Positions 23,801 through 37,182 of a stretch of 64,000 nt of DNA are shown here, one piece after another; within the stretch, counting starts at the first letter, position 1; every line of letters begins with the position of its first letter. The position numbers and the translations under genes are program-made. The stretch comes from Eledone cirrhosa (taxonomy: Eukaryota), in the NCBI GenBank assembly GCA_964016885.1, contig OZ024742.1, positions 302,188,001-302,252,000 on the forward strand. The letters are read 5' to 3'. Below the pieces are notes generated by a model. It made no database searches and was not told where the DNA came from. It saw only the letters and a program-made list of their open reading frames with translations.

Positions 23801-26680
23801 CTTACAGAAACCGGATTAGCAGATTAGTTAAGGAGAGGTTGACGGGTGCAATCGTCAACAACCGATGGTGGGCATCTCTCAAAAGAGAGATTAGAACAGA
23901 ATCAATAAGTTATAGCAAGATGTTAGCTGCCGATAGGAATAGAAACGAGAAAGAATTAACAGGTAAATTAGAAGAGGCAATCAAGAGCGAAGATGTGGCC
24001 AGAGTTCTGGCATCGAGGACGGCCTTGAACCAGTTTTTCGATGCAAAGCACGAAGGCTGCGTCATTCGAAGTAAAATACGTGCTCTAGGTAATGAGGGGG
24101 CCAAATCCGTTGGATGGGCCCGCGTGACAGAAGCTAAGAGTGGAAATCGATCCACCATCCGGTCGTTGCAAGACGAAGATGGACGGGTGATCCGGGAGCC
24201 TAAGCAGATGTGCGAGGCCTTTCAAAGGCACTTTGCCCGATTGTTCGGGGGAGGCGAGGGTCCGGGCGGGGGCGTGGATTTCGGTCCATACCTCGACGGC
24301 CTGCCGCGTCTCTCGAACGAAGAGGCAGAGTCCTGCGAGGGACCAATCTCGGCTGATGAGATCGGAGATGCGCTGAGCCAATGCAGCAGACGCAAATCTC
24401 CAGGTCTCGATGGTATACCTTACGAACTTTATTTAGCAATGCCGGTCTTCTTCTCCGAACTCCTCGAAGCGGTCTACTGCAATTGGCAGCAGAACGGGAG
24501 AATTCCTTGTTCTGTAGCCAAGGGCGTAGTCACGCTGGTGAGGAAGGACGAGAACAAGGGGGATAATATAAATAATTTTCGGCCCAAAACCCTGCTAAAC
24601 ACAGAGTTAAAGATTTTGGCCAAGGTCTTAGCAAAGAGGTTGGCGCTTGTCGTGGGTGGCCTGGTGGGAGATGCGCAGACATGTGCTATCCCATCCAGGT
24701 CCATTCACGATAACCTCCACCTCATGCGATACATCATAGAGAGGGTTGGCAACAAACCCGGCTTCGGTGGGGCCCTGATCAACTTGGATCAGTCTAAGGC
24801 CTTCGATAGGGTCGACCATGGTTACCTGGATGCGGTGCTAGCGGCGGCTGGGTTCGGTCCTGTTTTCAGAGGCTGGATCACTGTCCTACATGGCAACCAC
24901 ATCTGTTCTAGGATCAAGGTGAACGGCTACCTTTCGAAGCCGTTCGAAATCACACGATCCATTCGACAGGGGTGCCCTCTCTCCTCCCTTCTGTACGTAT
25001 TGACTCTCGAGCCTTTACTGAGGAAGTTGGAGTTGTTGCAGGGTATCCCCCTGGAACCAGGATTGAGCAAAGCGGTGTCGGCCTACGCCGATGACGTAAC
25101 AGTAATGGTATCAACCGACTCGGAGATCGAGGCGATCGGTACCTTACTGGAGGAGTACGAAAGGTTGTCAGGAGCGAAACTGAACCGGGAAAAATCCATC
25201 GGGCTGCAACTCGGAACGTGGAGAGGCAGACCGATGCATCCTGACGGTGTCGTCGGACACTGGACGGAGGGCCCGGTAAAGTTGCTTGGGGTCTGGTTTG
25301 GACCGGACCTCCAGGTGGAAAAGAACTGGAACGAGGTTACGAACAAGGTGTTTGCACTAACCCAGAAATGGGCCAAATGTAAGCTGTCCCTAAAAGGCCG
25401 GGCGGAGGTGGCGAACATTTACATAGCGTCCGTCACTTACTACCGCCTGACTGTCGTGCCTTGCCCTAAGGAAACACTCACCACCATGGAACGCATGCTC
25501 TTCCAATTTCTTTGGAAGAAGCGTCCTCCTATGGTGAGAAGATCCATCTGCTGCCAACAACCTTCGAAAGGAGGGCTGGGGATGCCGTGGTTGATGATGC
25601 GTAGGCACGCATTAAGGCTACGGCACCTACAGGTATTCCTCACTGGTCAACCGGTGTGGGCTCCGTTCGTGAAACGAGCCTTTCCGAGACTCGTCTCGCT
25701 CACCGAGCTACAGTCCTGGGTCAAGCAAAGATCCGGAAAACTGGGAGACTGGCACACTGAGTGTGCTCAGGCGCTCAGGGCTCTCTGACAAGCGGGCCAG
25801 GCCATCGGTGGAGAATTCACCTCATCATTCTATAGAGGGCTGGTGGCTAGCAGGGGCGATGACACCCTTGGAGAGTCGCTGGACATGGAAGAAGACGAAC
25901 TGGCCAGCCTGTTCGGTAGAACTTTCGGCCCAGGACCAATGGACAACTTCCAGAAGTCACTGGCCTGGCAGTGCTACCGGGGGGCTCTACCCGTTCGAGA
26001 GAGGCTCTACAGACACGGGCGCACGGGCAGGGATCCCTCAAAAAAGATTTGCCCTAGATGCGTGCGTCACGAAGAAACCGTTGCGCACGCATTGGTGCAA
26101 TGTCCGGGCGTGGCTGATCTGTGGGGCTACGCCGAACGACTGCTGTCGCGGGTGGCGCCGATTCAATTGACCGCCGAGTCCGTGATGACAATCAAACCGC
26201 CTCCCCTCTTCACAAAGGAAGCAAAGGCGGTTTTTCTGTGCGTAATAGCCATGTTGAAAGAGGTTGTTTGGTGGACACGATTGAAAGGTCTGAGGTCAGG
26301 CAACTTCCTCTCTGGCCATAGTCTGGTCTACTTCTTCCGATATCACTTCGGAAGAAGGATAAGAATGGAGAGAGAGGTGCTTGGCCACAGGCAGTTTTAT
26401 GAAAGGTGGGTGATAGTGGCGAGAATGGCTCGTGTAAATGGGCCTTCTCTGTATACCATCCTGTAGGTAAAGAAGTAAAGGAGAGGGGAGCACCTTCTCC
26501 ATGTGCTCCCCGGGCAAAGGATTGCACACTTTTTCGGGGGTGTGTGCAACCCCCATCACGTCCCCTCCCTTTTGAGGTTATTTTCGATTATTTTCATGTT
26601 ACACCCTTTTTACTCGATTATATGTAAACTCCCCCTTTGTATTTGTCCCTTCTTTTTATGCCTTTATGGTAAATAAAGAA
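20859..26680 (+). mobile_element. E2: full-length copy; ORF1 ~21090-22996, ORF2 23030-26466 (frameshift ~23510, TGG>TGA at 25786)
   Basis: Same motifs. ORF1 start MLNAANENSGGG matches E3 MNAASNDNGGG; ORF1 breaks fall in poly-A runs. Confidence 0.92.
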
Positions 26681-26716
26681 ATCTATCTATCTATCTATCT
26701 ATCTATCTCTCTATCA

Positions 26717-29700
26717 GTCGTGTGTCACTTCGCGGAGAAGTTTCCGTTAATTTATGTAAGGAAAAAACGTGAGTTTTTAGTTCAATTTTATATCATTGTG
26801 TAACTTGACCACCCGTCTGGACCTTCAGGTGGTGGGTCAACTCATTTTCGCCCCTACAGGGGCGGAATATCCATTTAAAAAATTTTTCTCCATCGAATCT
26901 TGGAAAAAATATTGTAAAATTTTGATTACGTTATGAACGCTGCGTCCAACGATAATGGTGGTGGAGAGGCGGTAACACTACAAAGCTCGCAGTCAACAAC
27001 GTCTTCTTCACTAGATACTATAGAGATGGAAAGACAAAATGAAAATAAAAAAACGAATTCACATCCAAACAACACAAATGACACCAAACAGCTCAATGAC
27101 AACAAAAATAACAGCAAAACCAATAATGATGATAAAAGCAACAATGATAACAACAACAAAGAAAAAAATAAAGACAACGCCAATAACACCAGCATCAAAG
27201 ACAACAACAACACCAAGGGAAATACGGATGATACCAACATCGGTGACAACAAGAATAACAACAAGAATAACAACAATAATGACAACACCACCAATACGGA
27301 TTCCACAAAGAAACCAAAAATCTCCTTTGCAGAGAAAGTTAAAAAAAAGGAAGAATTGATATATCTCGACATAACAAATGCTGAACAACTTTTAAAGGAC
27401 GCTAGGAGATATGTCAGTTTCGAAAAAAATGGTGCTTTCAGCATCAATTCTCCGGTAGAAATTCGCAAGGAAACTGCTCTCAAAACGATAGTTTTTAGGA
27501 CTGTTTCCAATTCTACCCGAAAACCATTCCAATTGTCACAGAAAGATATTGAACTGGTTTTCAAAAATTCAATGAATGATATTGCATTCATTCAAAGAAG
27601 CAAACTTTTTGGGAGTATTTCGGTACTGATGAAGGATCAATTGACGGCCCAAAATTACTCTGTGTCGCCAATTGTATCCAACCTGTACACCTTTTTCCCT
27701 ACATACATGGGAAAAAGGACACAAAAGATCAGAATCACGAGTGTCACACCAAAGGTGAACATATGGTGGATACTGTGCAGCTTCATCAATTTTGATGAAG
27801 ACAGAATACTGTCAGTAGGCAAGTCCCCCAGAGATGTATTCAATGGGACTAGCATTGAAGTTCTGGTGCAAATGAGCCCAGAGCGAATAGCTATGATCCC
27901 ACAGCGTGTACTCCTGGACAGACTCACCTACATAAACTTTTCGGTTGAGGGTAGGCGGCCTTCATGTTACCATTGCTTTAGCAGGGGTCACCTGAGGGCT
28001 TCCTGTCCTAAATTAATGAACCAAAAAAGGCTCTTCTGCCGACACCCATCAAAACAACACAACCACCAACACCACCACCACAACAACAACACCAACACAC
28101 AAAAATAACCACAACAAATACAGTCCCACCCAACCCCACTCCACCTAAAACCACTGCAAAATCACATACAGACACAACAGCTCCCCAAGACATACCCCTC
28201 TCCAATCACACAGACGATACAACAGATGAGGCTATCTCGCCATCACCCAGTGAAGACGAGGGAGAACCCCATCGCTCGAAAAGAAAGAAAAGACATCACA
28301 AAAGCAAACTTATAGGTCCCTAAAAGAAACATTTGAGAAGGATGGGGAATTCCTGCGTGAAACCAATCAACCGCGTCCTTCTCAAATGTCTCCCCACCCC
28401 AGACACCCCCATCCCACCAGACCCCACCCCACCAAACATCTCCGTCCCCACCCGCCGGAAACCACCACCCATCCAGACAACCCCTCCAACACCTCCATGG
28501 AAATCGTGCGGCCTGGTCCCCAGGAGACGTAGGGTGATCTCTTTTCCTCTTTTAACTTTTCAGCACCAACATGGCCAATATAAGAGTTGGATGTGTGAAC
28601 GTACGCGGCTTGGGGATGCCCTGGAAACAGGGCAAACTCTTAAACGACCTCAGGTCGCACAGTATGGATGTGGTAGCCATTTGCGAGTCCAGGATCCACG
28701 GCGAGCGACAGCTGGCCCCCATCTTCGATGACTTTGAGATCTACGCATCTCTCTGTCAACCGGGGGGTGGGGGCGGAGTTGCCGTTTTGCTGCGGAAACA
28801 CCTGGGCCTCGTAACACAGACGGTACATCTGGACCCGGAGGGTCGGCTGGTGGTCCTAGACGTTGACGGTAGTGAAGGTGGAGCGTTCAGGCTGGTGGCC
28901 GCATATGCCCCATCCGGGACACCGCGGCCAGACTTCTTCAAACGTCTAGAGACTTTTCTGGGAACGTCCCGCTCCTTGCTTTTAGTGGGGGACTGGAATG
29001 GAATCTTAGATGCACGTTGGGACTATGTGGGAGCATGTCCCGATAAAGGGGGGTGTAACAGCCTCAAACAGTTAATCGACCGATTTGACCTGGCCGATAG
29101 ATATCGACTAGATTTTCCGATGCGCCACTGTGGACGTGGAGTAATCGTAGCGGAACATCTAGATCGTACCTAGATAGGGTTCTAGTTAGAAATAAGGATA
29201 GGGACATGTTAAGCTGTCCACAAATGTGCATAGTTGCCTATTCAGATCACAAACTAGTGACCTGCGGCTAACCTTGATAGAACCCATAGACAAGGACTCG
29301 GCTACTGGAAGCTGAACTTGTCGTTACCGACAAGCAAAGCCTACAGTAGACGGATTAGCACTTTAGTTAAACAGCACTTGACAGGGGCCATTGTCAACAA
29401 CAGATGGTGGTACTCTCTCAAGAGGGCAGTTAGATTAGACTCGATAGTTTTTAGTAAAAAATTAGCGTTAGATAGAAATAGAACCGAGAAGGAACTGGTA
29501 GATAAAGTAGAAGAGGCAATTAGAAGTGGCAACGTAGCCAGCGTGCTAGCAACGAGAACGGCCTTGGACCAGTTCTTCGACGCAAAGCACGAGGGCTGCG
29601 TTGTCAGAAGCAAAATACGTGCTCTGGGAAACGAGGGAGCCAAAGCTGTTAGCTGGGCCCGAGTGACGGAGGCAAAAAGTGGCAACAAGTCCACGATTCG

Positions 29701-30772
29701 GTCTTTGAAGGACCAAAACGGACGCGTGATACGTGAGCCGAAGCAGATGTGCGCGGTTTTTCAGCGGCACTTTGCTCAGCTGTTCGGGGGGGGGGAGGCG
29801 CGCCGGGAAAGGCTATGGATTTCGGTCCATACCTCGACGGCCTACCGCAACTCTCGGACAGCGAGGCAAAATTCTGCGAAAAGCCGATTTCAGCCACTGA
29901 GATAGGGGACGCGCTGAGCCAATGCGGCAAACGCAAATCTCCAGGTCTCGACGGTCTACCCTACGAATTTTACGTAGCAATGCCGGACTTATTCTCCGGT
30001 CTCCTGGAAGCGGTCTACTGCAACTTGCAGCAGAGCGGGAGAATTACCAGTTCTGTAACCGGGGGCGTGGTCACACTAATCAGGAAGGACGAGAACAAGG
30101 GAGACGATATAAGTAATTTCAGACCCATAACTCTGCTAAATACAGAGTTACAGATTTTGGCCAAGGTGTTGGCAAAGAGGCTGGCGCTTGTCGTGGGAAA
30201 CCCGGTGGGAGATGCACAGACATGTGCTATCCCGTCCAGGTCCATCCACGACAACCTCCACCTCATGCGATACATCATAGAGAGGGTTGGGAACGAACCC
30301 CGGCTTTGGTGGGGCCCTGATAAACTTGAATCAATCTAAGGCATTCGATAGGATCGACCATGGTTACCTGGATGCAGTGCTAGCGGCGGCAGGCTTCGGA
30401 CCCGTTTTCAGGGGCTGGATTGCTGCAATGCACAACAGCAACATCTGCTCAAGGGTCAAGGTGAACGGCTACCTCTCGGAGCCGTTCCATATTACGCGAT
30501 CCATTCGACAGGGATGCCCTCTCTCCTCCCTTCTGTACGTACTGACTCTCGAGCCACTACTGCGGAAGCTGGAGCTATTGCAGGGCATCCCTCTGGAACC
30601 GGGACTGCGGAAAGATGCGTCGGCCTACGCCGACGACGTGACAGTAATGACAGTAAACGCTGATCAGGAAAGACGAGAACAGGGGGGACGAAATTAACAA
30701 CTTATATAATTAACAAACTTATATAATAAAGAACTAACAACTTATATAATTAACAACTTATATAATAAAGAA
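26717..30772 (+). mobile_element. E3: 5'-complete copy, ORF2 deleted after YADD and joined by filler to the poly(A) signal
   Basis: ORF1 from 26933 (CYHCFSRGHLRASC) with an internal deletion; ORF2 from 28571 with several frameshifts; homology stops ~30655. Confidence 0.9.
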
Positions 30773-30850
<78 letters not shown>

Positions 30851-33800
30851 TAACATTTGAAAATTTTACAATTTCTATCGCCGAAGCGGAGAAAAATGAC
30901 AATAACACACAGGAAAACACAGCAAAAAAACCCATTGACATACATACACATGAAAAAGACATCAACAACTCTACAGATACATCTACACATAAAGTTTCCA
31001 ACAACGATAACATCATCATCAACAACAACACCACACAAAAAAATAAAATGTCTTTCGCTGACACAGTCAACAAGAAACAAGATTTTATAAATCTTGATAT
31101 CTCCAACGCAAGAGATATGCTCCAGCAAGGGAGAAAATTTGTAACTTTCGAAGAAAGAGGTGGGTTTAGAATTAACTCACCCCTTGAAATAAAGGAAGAC
31201 ACAAACCGCCGATCAGTCACTTTTAGGACTGTGTCAAATTCGTCAAGAAAACCGACATTTGTTAATCAAGCAGATATAGAAGATTCTTTTAAGGAGATTC
31301 TAGCAAATGTCGATTTTCTCCAGCGAGGGAAAACAGTACGGAAGTGTTTCCGTACTGTTTAAAAGCGAGGCACTGGCCCAAAAAAACTCTGTGACACCAA
31401 TAGTGTCAAAAGCATACACCTTTTTCCCTACATACATGGGGAAAAGGACACAAAAAATAAAAATAAAAAAACATACCTCCAAGCATTAACATCTGGTGGA
31501 TCTTGGCTTCGTAGAGCCAGAAACAGACATAATACTTTCGATACGAAAATCCATTCGACAAAGGTGGGCGGGCACCGATTTGGAGATTCTGTTGCAAATG
31601 AAACCGGAGAGAATCTCCAAAATACCCGAAAGAGTCGTTATTGATAATAACAACAAAATAAACATTTCGGTAGAAGGAAGAAAATTTCACTGCTTTCGCT
31701 GTGGTAGCACATCTCACCCAAAAGCCTCTTGTCCACAAACACACAACAGCAACATCATAAAAAAACGCTATTACCAACACCAACACCAAAACAACCACCA
31801 CTACCACCACAAGTACAACGACAGACGAAACGAGCAACCACACCAAAACAAACAGACACTCAACCAACAACAACAGAAAAAACAGAGACAACACCCCTGA
31901 AGAACACATCCCCACTCCATCCCACTCCATCAAACACTACCACAAACACACATACCGAAACACCACCACCACCACACAACATACCCTTACCCCACACACC
32001 TGACGATGATTATTCATCGACGGATGAAGCTGCTTCTCCTTCTTTAAGTGAAGAAGAGGGAGAACCGCGGAAATCCAAAAAACAAAAAAAGAGACACCAC
32101 AAAACCCCCAAAACTCCAATCACCAACACCAACACACAACCACAGACACAAACAACAACACAAACAACACCACAGTCAAACATCCCCCTATCAGCAAAAC
32201 CAGCACCAACACCACCCCAAACACAAGCACCCACCATAAAAAGAAAACTCCCGGATGAACAACAAACTAAAACAATACAACAAAAACACAAACAACAATA
32301 CGCATACATCAACACAAACAACAAGAGTTTGATGGAGGTCATCTCCCAAAACCCCAAGGTGGAGACGGAGGGCAAAACCTTCGTCAAGGCAGAATCGTCT
32401 CCACACCTTAAACTTATAAGGGTTTCTATGGAAACCTATAAAGACCTGAAAATTAAATTTTCACAGGACTTGGGCAACCCCTGCCACAAACCCATCAACC
32501 GCGTCCTGTTGAAAGGTTTCCCCACCCCACCCAACACCCCATCCAGCACCCAAATGGAGATTGAACAACCCGATCTCCAGAAAACGAAAAGGTAAGTGCA
32601 CCTTTCGTCCTTTTTCTCCAACTTTTCTTCACCAACATGGCTGGTTTACGAGTTGGAACCGTGAATGTGCGTGGCCTAGGGATGCCCTGGAAACAGGGCC
32701 AACTTTTAAACGACCTTAGGTCACACAGTATGGATGTGATAGCCATCACCGAGTCCAGAATCCACAACAGGCAGCAACTAACCCCCATCTTCGACGACTT
32801 TGAGATCTACGCATCTCTCTGTCAGCCAGGAGGTGGAGGTGGAGTGGCTGTTATGTTTCGGAAGAACCTGGACGTCGGAGTACAGCAAGTACACTTGGAC
32901 CCGGAGGGTAGACTGGTAGTCCTAGACGTGAACAGTATCGGAGGTGGAGCCTTCAGACTGGTGGCCGTTTATGCCCCGACCGGGCAATCGCAATCACGGC
33001 CAGACTTCTTTAAGCGTCTAGAGTCTTTTCTGGGAACGTCTCACTCCTTACTTTTAGTGGGGGACTGGAATGGTATCCTAGATGCACGATGGGACTATGT
33101 GGGAGCATGTCCCAGTAGAGCGGGGTGCAACAGCCTCAAAACTTTAATCGGCCAATTCCAACTGGCCGATAGGTATCGACTGGATTTCCCGACTGCACCA
33201 CAGTGGACGTGGGTAAACCGCAGTGGGACATCTAGATCGTATTTAGATAGGTTCTTCATTAGAGAAAGGGACAAGGATATGTTAAGCTGTCCACGAATGC
33301 ACATGGTTGCCTATTCAGATCACAAGTTAGTCGTCTGCTTAGTCAACCGTGATAGAATACATAGACAGGGTCCCGGATACTGGAAGCTGAACGTGTCGTT
33401 GCCGGCACGTAAAGCTTACAGTGAACGGATAAGTAAACTAGTCAAGCAACAGTTAACGGGAGCCATCGTCAACAATAGATGGTGGTACTCTCTCAAGAAA
33501 GCAATTAGAATAGAATCGATAGGGTATAGAAGAGAGTTAGCCTTAGAGAAAAACAGAATAGAAAGAGAACTAGTAGCCAAGGTAGAGGAGGCACTTAGAA
33601 GTGGCAACGCGGTTAGAGTGTTAGCGTCGAGAACGGCACTGGACCAGTTCTTCGATGCGAAACACGAAGGCTGCGTGGTCAGAAGCAAAACACGTGCTCT
33701 AGGAAACGAAGGAGCGAAAGCTGTCAGCTGGGCCCGAGTGGCGGAGGCAAAAAGTGGCAACAAGTCCACGATTCGGTCTTTGAAAGAGCAAAACGGACGC

Positions 33801-36316
33801 GTGCTACTTGACTTCAAGCAAATGTGCGCGGCCTTTCAGCGGCACTTTGCGCGACTGTTTGAGCAGAACGACGGTGAGCCGAACGGGGCAATGGACTTTA
33901 GTTCATACCTCGACGGCCTGCTGCGTCTCTCGAACACGGACGCCGAGTTCTGCGAAAGACCGATCACGGACACTGAGATACGGGACGCATTGGGCCGCTG
34001 CGGGAAACGCAAGTCACCCGGTCTAGATGGTCTACCCTACGAATTTTACATAGGCATGCCGGACTTGTTCTCTGGCGTCCTCGAAGCCGTCTACTGCAAT
34101 TGGCAGCAGAACGGGAGAATTCCCAGTTCTGCAGGCAAGGGCGTAGTAACGCTGATCAGGAAAGACGAGAACAAGGGGGACGAAATTAACAACTTCAGGC
34201 CCATAACTCTGCCCAACACAGAGTTAAAGATTTTGGCCAAGGTGCTAGCGACGAGGTTGGCGCTTGTCGTCGAGAACCTGGTAGGGAAAGCGCAAACGTG
34301 TGCAATCCCGACCAGGTCCATACACGACAACCTCCACCTCATGCGATACATCATAGAGAGGGTGGGTAGTAAACCCGGCTTCGGTGGGGCTCTGATCAAC
34401 TTGGATCAGTCTAAGGCATTCGATAGGGTCGACCATCGATACTTGGAAGCGGTTCTCAAGGCGGCCGGTTTCGGTCCCGTGTTCAGAGGATGGATCGAGG
34501 CGATGCACACCAGCATCTGCTCGAGGGTCAAGGTGAACGGCTACCTATCGGAGCCGTTCGCAATCACGCGTTCCATTCGACAGGGATGCCCTCTCTCCTC
34601 CATTATGTATGTATTGACTCTAGAGCCACTACTGCGGAAATTGGAGCTGTTGCAGGGCATCCCCCTAGAACCGGGACTGCGCAAAGCGGCGTTGGCTTAT
34701 GCCGACGACGTGACAGTAATGGTGTCGAGCACCTCGGAAATCGGGGTGATCGGCAACATACTGAAAGAATACGAAACGCTGACGGGAGCAAAACTAAACC
34801 CAGACAAGTCTGTCGGTTTGCAACTCGGTACGTGGAGAGGCAAACCGATGACATCCGACAGCGTCGTTGGACGCTGGACGGACGGACCGGTGAAATTGCT
34901 CGGGGTCTGGTTCGGTCCAGACCTCCAGGTGGAGAAAAACTGGAACGAGGTCACGGCCAAGGTGTTTGCACTCACTCAGAAGTGGGCAGAGTGCAAACTG
35001 TCCTTGAAAGGTCGAGCGGAGGTGGCGAACACTTTCATAGCGTCCGTCATCTACTACCGCTTGACTGTCGTACCTTGTCCCCGTGAACACCTCGCCAAGA
35101 TGGAACGCATGCTCTTCCAGTTTCTGTGGAAGAAGCAGGCTCCGCTGGTGAGGAGATCCGTCTGCTGTCAGCACCCTTCCAACGGAGGGCTGGGAATGCC
35201 GTGGCTGATGATGCGCAAACATGCGCTGAGGCTGCGGCATCTCCAGGTATTCCTCACCGACCCCCAACCGGTGTGGGCACCGTTTGTGAGACAGGCTTTC
35301 CCACAGCTCGTCTCGCTAACGGAGCTGCAGTCCTGGGTGAAGAAAAGACCGAAAACGATGGGCGCCTGGCACATTGAATGCGCTCAGGCGCTCACAGTCC
35401 TCTGGCAAGCGGGCGCAGCAATCAGTGGAGACTCCACTTCGACATTCTATAGAGGGATTGTACGTTACAAGGGCGACGACGTGCTCGGAGAGACTCTGGG
35501 CGTCGAAGACGATGAGCTCACCAGTATGTTTGGTAGGAATTTCCGCCCGGGACCTATGGACAACTTCCAGAGGTCCCTGGCCTGGCAGTGCTACCGAGGA
35601 GCTCTACCGGTTCGTGACAAGATCTACAGGCACGGACGCCCTGGCAGGGATCCTTCCAAGAGGACGTGTCCAAGATGTGCGCAGGACATTGAAACAGTTC
35701 TGCACGCAATTGTACACTGCCCGGGCGTAAGCGACCTGTGGAACTATGCAGAACAACTGCTGTCACGTATGGGATAAATCCAGTTGACTGCCGAGTCCAT
35801 AGTAAGGATCAAACCGCCAGACTCTTTCAAAAACGAAAGAGAGGCGGTTTTCCTCTGTACGGTGGCTATGGTGAAAGAAGTTATATGGTGGACGAGGTTG
35901 AGAGGACTGAGGACAGATGCCTTTCTCTCCGGACAACAATTGATTCCCTTCTTTAAGTATCACTTTAGAAGGAGAATCAGGGTGGAGAGAGAGGCACTGC
36001 ACCCCAGTAAATTTACTGAAAGGTGGGTGAATGAAGCGAAAATGGCCCGAGTGATTGGGCCTTCTCTGTTTATAAGCCTGTAGGTTGAGGAAGAGAGCAA
36101 AAGGAAGAAAGGAGCACTTGCACAACACGCTCCTGGAGTTGAGGGTTGTTCTATCGACGGGGTATTAAACAACCCATTTGTGGCGCCTCCCCCCTATTGG
36201 GGATTTCGATTGTTGAAATTGTTTGTTTTTATATTTTTTACACGATTGTATGTAAAATCCCGGCATGTCTTTGTATTGTCCCCTTTTCTTGTTGCGCCCT
36301 TGTGGCTAATAAAGAA
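30851..36316 (+). mobile_element. E4: slightly 5'-truncated copy; ORF1 fragments to 32595, ORF2 32637-36083 with one premature TAA at 35775
   Basis: 1046-aa open APE-RT frame plus in-frame remainder; ORF1 knuckle CFRCGSTSHPKASC. Confidence 0.92.
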
Positions 36317-36364
<48 letters not shown>

Positions 36365-37159
36365 GTTCGGTAGGACCTTCCGCCCGGGACCGATGGACAA
36401 CTTCCAAAAGTCCCTGGCCTGGCAGTGCTACCGAGGAGCTCTACCAGTTCGAGACAAGCTCTACAGACATGGGCGCCCGGGCAGGGACCCTGCAAAAAAG
36501 ATCTGTCCGAGGTGCGTGCGAGACGAAGAAACCGTCGCGCACGCATTCATACACTGCCCGGGCGTCACTGACCTGTGGGGCTATGTAGAACGACTATTGT
36601 CGCGGGTGGGACCAATCCAGTTGACCACCGAGTCCATTGTCATGATCAAACCGCCACCCTCCTTCAAAAACGAAGGAGAGGCGGTTTTCCTTTGTGTGAT
36701 AGCTATGGCGAAAGAGGTTGTATGGTGGACAAGGTTGAAAGGGCTGAGGTCAGACACCTTTCTCTCCGGTCAACAACTGATTCTTTTTTTCAAATACCAC
36801 TTTGGAAGAAGAATCAGGATGGAGAGAGAGGTGCTGTACCCCAGCAAGTTTTATGAAAGGTGGGTGAAAGTGGCGAGAATGGCCCGAGTGAATGGGCCTT
36901 CTCTCTATATCAGCCTGTAGGTTGAGGAAAAGGAGGAGGAGAGGAAAGGAGTACAAGCTCTTCGTACTCCTGGAGATGAGGGTTGCACATTTTTTTCGGG
37001 GGTCTGTGTTACCCATATAAACTGTCTCCCTCTATTGGGGAAAATCGACTAACTTTTAAATTCCATCTGTGATAACATTTTACACGTTTTTATTGTATGT
37101 AAACTTCCCCCTTTGTATTTGTCCCCTTCTTTTGTGCCCCTGTGGCTAATAAAGAAATA
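36365..37159 (+). mobile_element. E5: heavily 5'-truncated copy (ORF2 zinc-finger end + 3'UTR)
   Basis: Starts directly after (TATC)n at LFGRTFRPGPMDNF; stop at 36920; AATAAA at 37148. Confidence 0.92.
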
Positions 37160-37182
37160 TATCTATCTATCTATCTATCTAT

